Of a stretch of DNA of 32,000 nucleotides, positions 13,805-24,461 are shown piece by piece. Source of the stretch: Wallemia ichthyophaga EXF-994 (Eukaryota; Fungi; Basidiomycota); assembly GCF_000400465.1 (NCBI RefSeq), contig NW_008806287.1:120001-152000 (forward strand), written 5' to 3'. The translations under genes and the position numbers were made by a program. Every line of letters begins with the position of its first letter. Position 1 is the first letter of the stretch. Below the pieces are notes generated by a model that ran no database searches, was not told where the DNA came from, and saw only the letters and a list, made by a program, of their open reading frames with translations.

Positions 13805-16460
13805 TGCTATCAAATGAAAGCTTAGGGCTTGGAAGTGTCCTCATTCAGATCAATTTGCTCATTGAGTTTTTTCTGCTTCTTTGATATAAACTTGTGTAAG
13901 GCATGACTCCTGGGCTGGACCATTGATTATTGCTTTAAATTTACTGCATTGACCTATCTTCGTTGGGATGGCAGGAACTTCAATCAGAGATGTTCTTGTC
14001 CTGCTCTTATTTCTCTGACGTCTCAATTTTATTACTTTCAACCACGCTTTGGTCGGACTAGTGTATTTCCGCTGTAAAGTAAGTGTTTCTGAACTTCTTG
14101 TGTACACCGAGCGGGCTTGTCGACTGCGCGGGATGTTTTTATTAGCCTAATTCTTTAATTGATAGATGATGTCTTTTGGTCGACTACGTTTTATCTCAGT
14201 TGAAAAATCAAAATAATTGCTACGCGATTTTATTCATTACAAAGTTTCTAGCTTTCCCATTATCGCCTTATATCCTTCTATCATTTCTTTCCGGCTGCCT
14301 TGACGGATAAACTTTCAAGACTCACTTCCCTGAGTACCATAGGACGGCCTAGATCCAATTTATTTTTTCTGAAAGCATCCTGTTTTTCTCCTACATTTCA
14401 GTATTGCACAGACATTCATACCCCAGTAACAAATCTGAACCTTAAACTGTCCACAACATGCGTCATTAGTTCGGGAGCATGGCCTGTCTTTCCACCCAGC
14501 TAATCTTTAATGAAGTAATTTTAGGGATTTCAGAGTTAGAGCTTTTGTTGCAAAGATAAGAAAACTGCTAAATACTTCAAAGTAAGGTTTAATCCGGTTA
14601 ACAGTTTATTCTAGATAATTACAGAATAACCTCAATCGACAAACATAGGAAATTTGACAGATATTGGTTGACAATCATTTTCTTCAAAAAGTTCTTACTT
14701 CTTCTGACGAAGACATATCATACACGCCGCATATTAGGACGTTAATACTAGGAAGAGACAGTAAGATGGTCAAATGCGGACTTTACATCGTCTTCTCGCA
14801 TGAAGATATATGAAACTACAGCCTGAATTGTACCTGCGATGGCACTAATACGTCAAATTGCACCTCATCAAGCACCTCACTTTCACTCCAAATTCAACAT
14901 TTCTAGAACACAAAGGAACCAAACGTTTTCCAAATGGTGTAACTCTTAACGCTACTACTATTGTACCTTTAATTAATGCACGCATTTTTTAATAATATGA
15001 ATAGTGGGGGTGTTGCGGTTCTGATTAGAACGTTTACCAGTATTTTTAAAGTTTAAAGTGTTTTAAGAACTTTCTATTCTGGCTGCTTAACAGTTTAACC
15101 TAACTTCATACATACATTATGGTTAGTAGGTGTTGTCTGATTGTAATTTTTACTGATAATGCTTGATTTGAGAGTATAAATTGGGTCGAATGTATTGCTA
15201 ATCTGGTCCATTTTTGGTTTACCCTGTTTTCGGTTAAGCACACTGGTGCGTTCAATACCTCGGGGTCTTCCGGTCGATCCCTTATTGAGGAGTGGTATTA
15301 GATTGATGATTAGTGAGAATACAGTCTAAATGCAGTTGTACTTTCTTTTATCATACTTTCCCCTACCTTAGCACCCACCAAAAATTCTTATAATCTCTTA
15401 AATTTTTGTCGATAATATATTTTACAGTCAAATACTTTCATCTTCAATGAACAATTAAACAGATGTTATAAGTGTCTGGCTGCTGGGTTGAGGAATGGCT
15501 TGTACAACAAATTAACAGATAGTACGAATACAATCATTAAGGTTACAGAGAAATATAGCATCTACCAAGCTATCTCTAAACAATTTCTAAACAGTTGTTT
15601 TTAAGATACATTTAAACAAGTTGCAAACACTAATCTATTAGTGACAATTCGACAAAAAAAGAAAGCGGATTATACTTCATTACTTGAAATTTTACGGAAA
15701 TAAGCTTGAGATATTTTATGTCTGCGTAAATTTTTGATCTAGTATTAGATGTCAATGTTTTACTTTCTGGAATTACTTAGCTTTTCTTTGAGGAATTTAC
15801 ACGTATTTGGAATCGCCTAGTTTAAAAATAGAAATCACAAAGTTCTTCGAAGTTTCAAGTTTATGAAGATTTACCAAAGTTATGCGATTCCTAATGAAAA
15901 ATTACCTGAGTAATCTCGATGACTTCTTCTTATTAGCGGAGTGGAAATGCCAAGCATTGCGTCAAAATTTCAAGATCGCTGTGTCGATCTAGTGTTTCAT
16001 AAAATATAGATCACCGGTTGCCTTCTCTCACGTAGTCGCTAGTTAATGGTCCATGTGAGTTCATAACTCGAATTGATTGTAACTCTCTATAACAAACACT
16101 TAAGAAAAGTGTTTGTTCAGTAATATTGTGTTTCTAGTCATAGTCCTCGTATAATACATTTTTTGTGCGCTCAAACTAGCTCTCTTATTGATTTACGTGA
16201 TATTATTAGCTTAGGACACTGCCGATCAACTTTGCATTATCGGAGAAGCATGTTTAAATTATTCGATATCAACAGTATATTTAACCTTTCTGCAGCTATC
16301 TTTAAATTATCAACGTAGATCCTAGTCGCTCCAAGACTTTCGCAAATCCTTGTGCCAAAATGTCATGATTAGATACGCGCACGTCATGATCAAGCTTTTC
16401 AATTTATCTGGAGAGTTTAAAAAGTCGTTAGAAATAAATTCAAGTCGGAAGTTTTTGGGC
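13805..16460. repeat. Right arm of the 2,656-bp inverted repeat
   Basis: Reverse complement of 9841-12496. It ends ...CAAGTCGGAAGTTTTTGGGC, mirroring GCCCAAAAACTTCCGACTTG at 9841. Confidence 0.99.
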
Positions 16461-16685
16461 GGATATATATGATAATAATGCACTTTTATTTCTGTATATG
16501 TTTATCTACGTCAAACCAAGATAATGAACCTCATTAGGCGTTTAAGGATAAGCTCATCAGCGTCAGGCTGCCAGAGTTTATCACGGAAATGCAAAGGTTC
16601 AAGCAAATATCGAGACATTTTGACGAGGCACTTTACCAAATTTTTTTGGTACTTTTAACCCACTTTACGCCATACATTCGAGACC

Positions 16686-17458
16686 ATGTGGGAATTGATA
16701 AAGAGGCACACGAGAATAGACAATAAGCGTGCTTTCATTGATATTTCTAACAACATCAACTGGATAGTAGGAGGTCTGAAGCTAACCTACTTGATCGATT
16801 ATCCTTTATACGGCGTGGAAGAATTCTTGGCCGAATTACAACAAGTAGATCAGCATTTTATTCTAGAGATTAAAAAGCTTATCAATTTAGTTCGACGAGA
16901 GTCACTCTGATCTGAGGGTTCTCACTCTTGCAGGAAATAATCTCATCATCAACTTTAGGCACTTTCATAGGTGTCTGCAGACCGAAAACTATGTCTTCGT
17001 AAGTCAACAGGCTCTAAAGTGTGGTTCTAACTGTATTCCAGGCTGAATATACTCCGCTAAAAGTCCTGGAAGCTCTCGATTGGTTATCTGATCAATTCAA
17101 AAGAAAGAAAATGATTTCCATTGAAAACCTAAAAGTTGAAACTAGCATTGCATTAGTTGGAGTATTGCTAGAATACGTAACGCCATACTCCACTTTGAGT
17201 GACGGTGGAAATTTCAAGCTGTACCAGTACAAGCTCAAGTCAAACCATGATGGCTTGGTTGAAGACATGATATCATCATTCACATGTCCAATGGCTTTAT
17301 TTCAGGTCAAGGACTTTGACGTAAAAGAAAGAGTTGATCAGCTACTTCATAGATTCCGTGACAGATTAATTTCAGCTCAAGAGAACAAATTATGTTTGAA
17401 ATATACTCATGTAGATTTAAGCGTTGAAGATATTTACATGAATAAATTAAATCTATGA
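16686..17458 (+). CDS. Conserved hypothetical protein, UPF0739/C1orf74 (DUF4504)-like
   Basis: A three-exon model gives one continuous frame: ...LAELQQ|FDESHSDLRVLTLAGNNLIINF...NYVF|AEYTPLKV.... The motifs GGLKLTYLIDY, IALVGVLLEYVTPY and ISSFTCP resemble this family, recognised from memory. Confidence 0.6.
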
Positions 17459-17471
17459 ATGCGCATCAATT

Positions 17472-20400
17472 TTATAAACTTTCAGAGTCCAGGGGAGACC
17501 TCAGCACCATCCTGACTTTACCTCTTTGGGTGTTCCTATCGTTTTCAACAAAAATCTCTACGTCTACCAAATCGAAAAGACTGATGGTGTGTGATTTGGA
17601 TTGAGAATCCTCAACTACGATCTTGTATTCTTCGGCTATAAAATTAATAGCCTTTTTGAATGTAATAATACCTTCCAGGCCCAAATTGGGTACATAAACC
17701 GCTAAACCATTCCTAAAAGTTCTGATTACATGTGCTTTTTCTCTGACACATTCGCCTTTACGATCATTACGAGCTTTAATTGCAAGTGCAACGTAGAATT
17801 CGATTGATGCTCTGCCAGCTTGTTGACCAAGACGATGTCTTTTATTAATGTTTTCCATAATACCTTCAACGAAAGACTTATTGTGCAGAGAACCATGTAA
17901 AGGTGTATGATTGATCGCAGACGCCAATTGACGATGAGCCAAAACGTCGGCGTATCTTCTAATAGGACTCGTGAAATGAGTATAAATCGGAGCAGCTAAA
18001 CCATAGTGTGAAAATGTTTCTTTACTATGACTACCACTACAGAAATACTCGGCAGATAACATACAGCGTGTTGCCATAATTCTGACTAGAGTGTTAAATG
18101 ACTTTTCATCTTTATCAATGCAATTATCTAATGATCTAGCTAATGCACCTGAGGATGAAACATCTAAATTAATACCTTTTCTTTTTGATAGTATGTCCTG
18201 CAAAGCTTCAAAGTTTTGCTTCGGTGGGGGAAGGTGTCGTCTGAAAGGAGTTAATGGGTAATAAATTAAGTGGACAAATCTGTAATTACCTTAGAACAGC
18301 AGTACCAGGAAACGTTTCATTAATCTTTGCAGCTACACTGCAATTAGCCAACAGCATGAATTCTTCGACAAGTTTGTTGGTTTCTTTGACTTGTTTTTGT
18401 TCTACGTCTATTGGTTCAGAAGATTCAGAACTATCTAGATGAATTTTAACTTCAGGTGAAGCCAAATCAAGAGCACCTCTATCAATTCTTTGCTTTTTCA
18501 ACTTGATGGCGATATCGTTCAATAATCTAATTGAAACTGTGAGGGAATCATTCAAAGATTTATCATCTTTTCTTAATTGAGCTTCTTCATAAGTGAATGC
18601 TGCTTTTGAAGCAATTACTGATTTGTTAAATTTGACATTAACAATTTCAGCATTTTGGTTTAACTCCCATGTCACACTAAATGCCAATCTTTCGACGTTT
18701 GGACGTAAAGAGCATAAATTTGTACCGAGTAATGAAGGAAGCATGTCAATTCTCTTATCAACCAAGTAAACGGTTGTACCTCTTGATGCGGCTTCTAGAT
18801 CCATTGTATTATCAGGTTTGACGAAGTGTGAAACATCAGCAATATGGACACCCGCTTCAATATTACCATTTGGTAAGTATTTAGCATGTAAAGCGTCGTC
18901 AATGTCAGTACAACCTGCATTGAAAGAAAGTGTTAGAGAGATGAATGATTCTAAATAGTCTAAAGATTCACCTGGTGGATCAATTGAACAAACAATTTCG
19001 TCTCTTAAATCAACTCGATTTTTCCACACTGGGTCATTTGAATCTTTTGGAGGAACGACCCAAGATTCACCTTCCTTTGGTAAACAGTTGAGAATAGATT
19101 TGGAAAAAGATCTGTAAGGAACTTCATATTCTAGTAATAAACTTTCAATTTCAGCTTCTTTCGATTGAACTTTACCTAATGCTCTAATGAAATGACCTTG
19201 AGGATAACGTGATAATATTGACCATTGATCGATTGCAACCAAAATCTTTTGGTCGACTAAGTTTGCAGCTTGTCTAGTTCTTATTTTAATTTTTGGAATA
19301 CGACGATCTATAGGACTAACGAAAACGGATTGTTGAGATTGAACTGAAGAGTTATTCACGGTAGATTTGTCTAAATGACAGACATAAGATCTCCACTGAC
19401 GTTTTACTATTCCCACTACACGACCAGTTGGCTGAATATCTGAATGAAAGGAATTTGCTTGATCAATTGATGAATTGATCTGATCAGATTGTAGTTTAGA
19501 TTCAAATTCAACAGTAGTAGGATCTAAATCTTGATCAACGTCATCAAATTTCAAAGCATTATCGGGATCAATAATTTGATCAGCAGAAGCTTTCCATTGG
19601 GATTTTGGAAGAAGTTGAACGACGACTACATCATCTTGAACAGCTCTATTGATGGATTGTCTACCAATGAGTAGAACGGGTTTAGTAAATTTAGGAATTT
19701 TGACAGAACCTTCTAAATAGTTGAATGGATTAGCTTGAAATTGACCTTGAAAAAGATGTCCAGATTTGATACCAGCTTGTAAAGAAGAATGAGGAAAGTA
19801 ATCAGGATATAAAACGGAGTTTGAAGAAGAGGAGGTAGAAATTGAAGATTGAGTTGTAGAAAATAAATCGATTAATTGATCAGAATTTGGTAAAGCTTTG
19901 ACATAAGAGAGAATATCGGAAGCAATGATATTATCCTTTTTAGCTAGGTTTAAGTTTTCATTATCATTTGATAGTAAAATGACGTCTTTGTGTTGTAGAT
20001 AATTATTGTACCAAGCAGCAGCGATTCTGATAGATTGGTCATTTATATCGTTAGGGGAAGAGAAAGAAGAGTTCAAATTTGAAGTTTCTGAGAAGAACTC
20101 GTTGTAGAAGACGTAGAATCTATTATCATGATCATTGATGATGGATAACAATCTTGAATATAGAGGAAGAGACCGATGTTTAACTTCATTTAAAACAGTC
20201 TGTAAAATGATAACGTCTTTAAAGCCACCTAAATCCAACAAGTCTAGCTGAGATAACAATACGTTTGTATCAGGCAAAAGGTAATGAGGCTTATTGAAGA
20301 GGGAACTAGTAGTGATACCGGATTTAGATAGGATTGGGTTTTGACCAGGATTCAAATCATCGTCCAAGCTACCTGAAGGGATATCATCACGCAAGTATCT

Positions 20401-20520
20401 CTCCTGAGTAAATTTGATAATATTCCCCTTGTTAGATTTTTTAATATAAGATTTGTAATTAGCAGTGCTATTATGTAAAGGCCTTTTTAAAATTGAAATA
20501 TCAGATTTATTGAAGTTCAT
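17472..20520 (-). CDS. DIS3: Exosome catalytic subunit Dis3/Rrp44 (PIN, CSD, RNB and S1 domains)
   Basis: Starts MNFNKSDISILKRPL at ATG 20520, then ERYLRDDI and the PIN motif LPDTNVLL. The RNB motif is CSIDPPG|CTDIDDALH across intron 18915-18971. HIADVSHFV, RGTTVYLV and YTHFTSPIRRYAD follow. Confidence 0.97.
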
Positions 20521-20543
20521 TTCTTGGTTGGATAGAGTCAACG

Positions 20544-20870
20544 ATGCAGTTGACAGGAATTTTGAACAAGAGATCAGTATGGAAGGGTGAATAGGTGTTG
20601 AAATCGTTGATATTGTAATAACAGTTCATCATAGGTCCATTTTTCAAGTCATTTCCAAATTTAACTCAACTAAAGAAGGATAATCAATTGATAAAGACAA
20701 CAGCGAGGAATTGTACAATTCTACCAAACTTTGTTGGAATGAAATTTGGAGTTCATAATGGAAAGAATTATATACCAATACAAATAACAGAAGCAATGAT
20801 TGATTACAAGTTAGGATTCTTTGTACCAACGAGGAAGAAGTTTAGCTATCGATTAACTAAGAACAAGTAG
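20544..20870 (+). CDS. RSM19: Mitochondrial ribosomal protein uS19m
   Basis: [15 protein letters not shown]|PFFKSF...[49 protein letters not shown], with one intron. Confidence 0.93.
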
Positions 20871-21415
20871 TCTGGATAGCTCAAAGATCTATACTCTGAC
20901 TCAAACGTTTGTAATTTAATTTTATTTAGTAGATATTCGTCAATATTGCCTTCATATCCAGATTTCCTGACTAGAGATGTGATGGATTGAATTTTGTTCC
21001 AATTTTGATCAGTCAAAACGTTGGGAAGGTATACAGCGTTGTAGTTGATATGATCAACTAAGAAATTAATCTTAATGCCATGTTTACCGATAGTGAATTC
21101 ATTCCAATTCGATTGGGATGTAAAGTTGAACAAGACAGATATCGCGCAAGACAATCCAGGTAAAATAGAATAGTCTATAGGTTTAAACCTTTTATCTTTC
21201 AAAGCTGACAATAAGCTGTATTGTTTAATACCTTTTAATAGATTGAGTGAATTGAATGTACCCAAGCATCCTCTCAGCCTCTGATTGAAATTCCAGGTTA
21301 AGAAAATGGGGTAATTGATATGACAGTCTCCAAGATGAATAACTTGATGATTAACGTCGAAGTGATTGATTAGGGTATCAAATGCTAAGATTAGATGATT
21401 ATCATTTAATATCAT
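20846..21415 (-). CDS. AMMECR1-domain protein
   Basis: Motifs [41 protein letters not shown] and SLVRKSGY. The likely start is MILNDNHL at ATG 21415. The ORF track extends further upstream into the neighbouring gene. Confidence 0.9.
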   Translation of the reverse strand: MILNDNHLILAFDTLINHFDVNHQVIHLGDCHINYPIFLTWNFNQRLRGCLGTFNSLNLLKGIKQYSLLSALKDKRFKPIDYSILPGLSCAISVLFNFTSQSNWNEFTIGKHGIKINFLVDHINYNAVYLPNVLTDQNWNKIQSITSLVRKSGYEGNIDEYLLNKIKLQTFESEYRSLSYPDYLFLVNR

Positions 21416-21435
21416 TTCCTTTACATAAAACGACG

Positions 21436-23987
21436 ATGATGACTGAATTTGATGAAGTGATCGAGTTTCATAAAAGATATCAAACAACTCAATTGATTGG
21501 TTTAGATGATTTGAATCAGTCAAAAACTTTATTGAAGAGCATCATTATGAATTTGAATGATGATTATAATGATAAATTGGTGTATCTGATATCATCACAT
21601 TATTCACCGATACAAGAATACTTGATGAATAATCATCACTTAGAACTATTTAATCACTTTATCGATCATTCTATCTTGAATCACTTGATATCCACACTCT
21701 CAACTTCTTCATCTATCTTATCTTTAACTTACGTAATAAAATCAAACTCAAGCTTTGCAGTAAAATCAAAGTGCTCATCTTTGTTATCGTCCTTGATATT
21801 AAAGCCTGATGGCGTTTCTTCTTTATTAGTCATTCTATTAAACTCTCCTGATGATTTCAACAATCAAAAATTCATTCAAGTTGCTAAATTATTATCAACT
21901 AAGCCAAGTACTTTGGATATTGATGGCTATCTTTCTATTATAGTCAAAAACATACTACAAACTCTCCTCCTATCTCCTCCAATTAACCATCTAAAAGCAA
22001 TCGCACTCACTTTTGACTTCTTTCTATCAAAATATCAAGATAAGTTTATTCATCAATTAAATCTTAGCTTGATTAAACCTTTTCACACTCCAAATCAATC
22101 AACTCAGTTAACAAACGCCTTAACTCACTTAAACATTCTAATCCCTCACTCAAATATCATTTTGAACAAATTCACTACTCATTTATTTCCTTTATTATTC
22201 AATTTAGGTTGTCATTTGGACTCTTCAAAAACTGCTAACCCCTTATACAAATCTTTGATTGATAATATATTTAACAATTGGTCGTCACTCGTAGACAACG
22301 ACTTAGCTATTGATACTGTTTGGTACACTCTTAAATCTGGTACCGGTTGGCAAGATGATTCTTTCCAATGGTCCACATCCAACCCAGATGGTTTAGTCAT
22401 CACTCAACAATCATCTTCATCTTCACCAAATCCAAACTTGTTCAATATTCATCAATCTCAACAAAATGATTTACTAGAAATAGCACCAAATCCTCAATCT
22501 TTAGCAACTTTTGTCATTAACATTCATAGGAAGCAGATACTCAGTCCAATTCTCATCAAATGTCTCAGTCAATATCAAGGTTTAAAAGACTTTAATGATT
22601 TACAACCTCTACGTTTTAAAGACATTATGAAATACTTGCAATTCTCTACCTGTTTAGTTGAACAAATGGGTACTGACATTTTAGAAAACAAAGATGACAT
22701 CCTTGCTTTTATTTATCACACCCTACAAATTCAACAACAATCTTCCTCTCGAAAACCAAACGTTGAAAATACTACTAAAAGCTTACAAGACTTATTGGTG
22801 TTTGAAGATCATGTTCATAATAACACCGCAAACGACGAGGAGGATGTTGATAGCCTGAAGGAGGTTGATCAGATATTAATCTCAACTGCTTTGTCCCTCC
22901 TTTTAGCAACTTTAGAAGGTATGTTATTCAGTTATATATGTGTCAATAACAACTTACTCTCAAATAAGCCAACGAAAGTATACGAGTAGACAACGCTCCC
23001 CTGCTCGCATTAATCTCTGATCGCTTGGACATATTCATTGACGAGTTTCCTGCTATTTCACCTGTGGCACATGAGTGTAAATTGGTTTTATCAGCTAGGA
23101 ATGCTACATCATCAAAAATAGACGATATCATCAGTTGGTCTTACAAAAGGCAAAGAGAGATATTCAATTTATCTCTAAAAGACATTCAAGACTCACAGTT
23201 ACCTGTTAGAGCACATGGTTTAGATCAATTGAGAAAATTAGTGCAACACACTGTCTCAAAAAATGATGTAAACGCCAATAAAGATAACACGCTCGATCCT
23301 TCTTTAATTAGTAATATACTAGATGTTTTTATTCAAGCAATCAAGGCAGATGATAGCTATATCTACCTCAATGCTGTTAGAGGTTTAGTCGTAATGATGG
23401 ATAAGATTGGTCATGAAATACTAAGCCAATTGTCAATCAAGTACTCCGAGTACCATGAAAGCTTGACTGAAATTGAATTAGACCAAAGGTTAAGAATTGG
23501 TGAAGCGATCATACAAGTTATCAAGAACTTATCGGACGCTTTACCCTCATACTCTCACTTGATATTACCCCAATTAATAAAAGTAATGTCCCAAAATAAC
23601 CTACCAAGTTTGTTGAGAGCTTCGAGCTTAACTATTCTAAGTCAAGCTTGCATCACGTGCATACTGGCAGTTGAACCCTTCATCAATGAGATTTTAAACG
23701 GTATGGAAGACTTATTGATGATTGAATCTCTACAAAACTCAAAAGATTTGAGTAACCCTTTGGACAAAGATACCAATTTAGTTCAATTGAAGAGATCTGC
23801 TTTGATTCTAATAGCGATGATATTCAGATCACTTTATGATACTGCAAATATCACTGTACCTCTCGCATTGAAAAGCAGTTTAAGAACAAAGATCAACTAC
23901 ATCGCCCAATTTGATAATGACGAGTTAGTTCAACATCAAGCAACAGAGGTTCTAGAAGAATTCAACTGGAGCAATAGATTACCTTGA
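21436..23987 (+). CDS. RTP1: Armadillo/HEAT protein Rtp1/TANGO6 (RNA polymerase II assembly/import)
   Basis: ORFs 21382-22989 and 23025-23987 are joined by an intron near 22920-22990. C-terminal motifs are LPVRAHGLDQLRKLV, DDSYIYLNAVRGL and RLRIGEAIIQVI. Confidence 0.8.
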
Positions 23988-24129
23988 ACAATTCCTTCCA
24001 AATTTTCTTGAATAATAATTTATTTCACATGCAGTTCGCTTTCTTCGTCCTGCACCATAACGTCGAAAATGCGAGTAGTCTGGTAGATTGATCCAAATCG
24101 CCATCAGTCTATTCTATTCCGATTATCCT

Positions 24130-24215
24130 ATTTGCCGATGATGATTTAATTCTACCCTTTACTAGCGAACCTGATGAGCTATCAAAAATTACTACTGAAG
24201 ATTTCTGAGGCAAAT
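24130..24215 (+). ncRNA. Candidate box C/D snoRNA
   Basis: A 7-bp terminal stem (ATTTGCC 24130-24136 / GGCAAAT 24209-24215) directly flanks box C (ATGATGA 24138-24144) and box D (CTGA 24205-24208). An internal CTGA is also present. It sits in the only other large intergenic gap (474 bp). Confidence 0.75.
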
Positions 24216-24461
24216 TTGTATCATTTACATTTCATGCATTGATTGCTTCACAAGTATTTGTAGTCTCTAAACGTCAATCCAACCATCACTCCCCTCTAAA
24301 TAGGACAATTGCGAATGTAAATTACATAAGAAAAGATTGTACAAGCATATCCAGAAAGAATACAAACACTGAAGTATTACATTTTCAAGCTTCTCTTCTT
24401 TGCTTGAAGTTTATTGACTTGGTTAACTAATGAAGCGGACGTTGCCCGGGCTAGATGAGTA

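Noticed and set aside
11798-14503. Mirror-image ORF pairs 11798-12001/14300-14503 and 12194-12442/13859-14107
   Set aside because: They start at TTG/GTG, are 67-82 aa, have no recognisable motif or splice continuation, and are duplicated only because they lie in the inverted arms. They are useful as confirmation of the repeat, not as genes.
9841-16460. Foldback/MULE/TIR transposon interpretation
   Set aside because: No target-site duplication, no transposase remnant and no tandem sub-repeats within the arms. It cannot be fully excluded without a genome-wide copy search.
9841-16460. Assembly or fold-back read artefact
   Set aside because: Unique intact genes lie on both sides, the core is a unique 1.3-kb sequence and the arms differ at two positions, unlike chimeric palindromes that run to a contig end. 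The core orientation could still be arbitrary in a short-read assembly.
9841-16460. tRNA genes in the arms (as in S. pombe imr) or RIP-like mutation of the repeat
   Set aside because: I found no T-loop or B-box (GGTTCGA-type) cloverleaf. The two arm differences, one transversion and one transition, are not a RIP pattern.
24171-24200. CTGATGAG resembling a hammerhead ribozyme core
   Set aside because: No stem II followed by GAAA downstream. It is better explained as the internal D'/C' region of the snoRNA.
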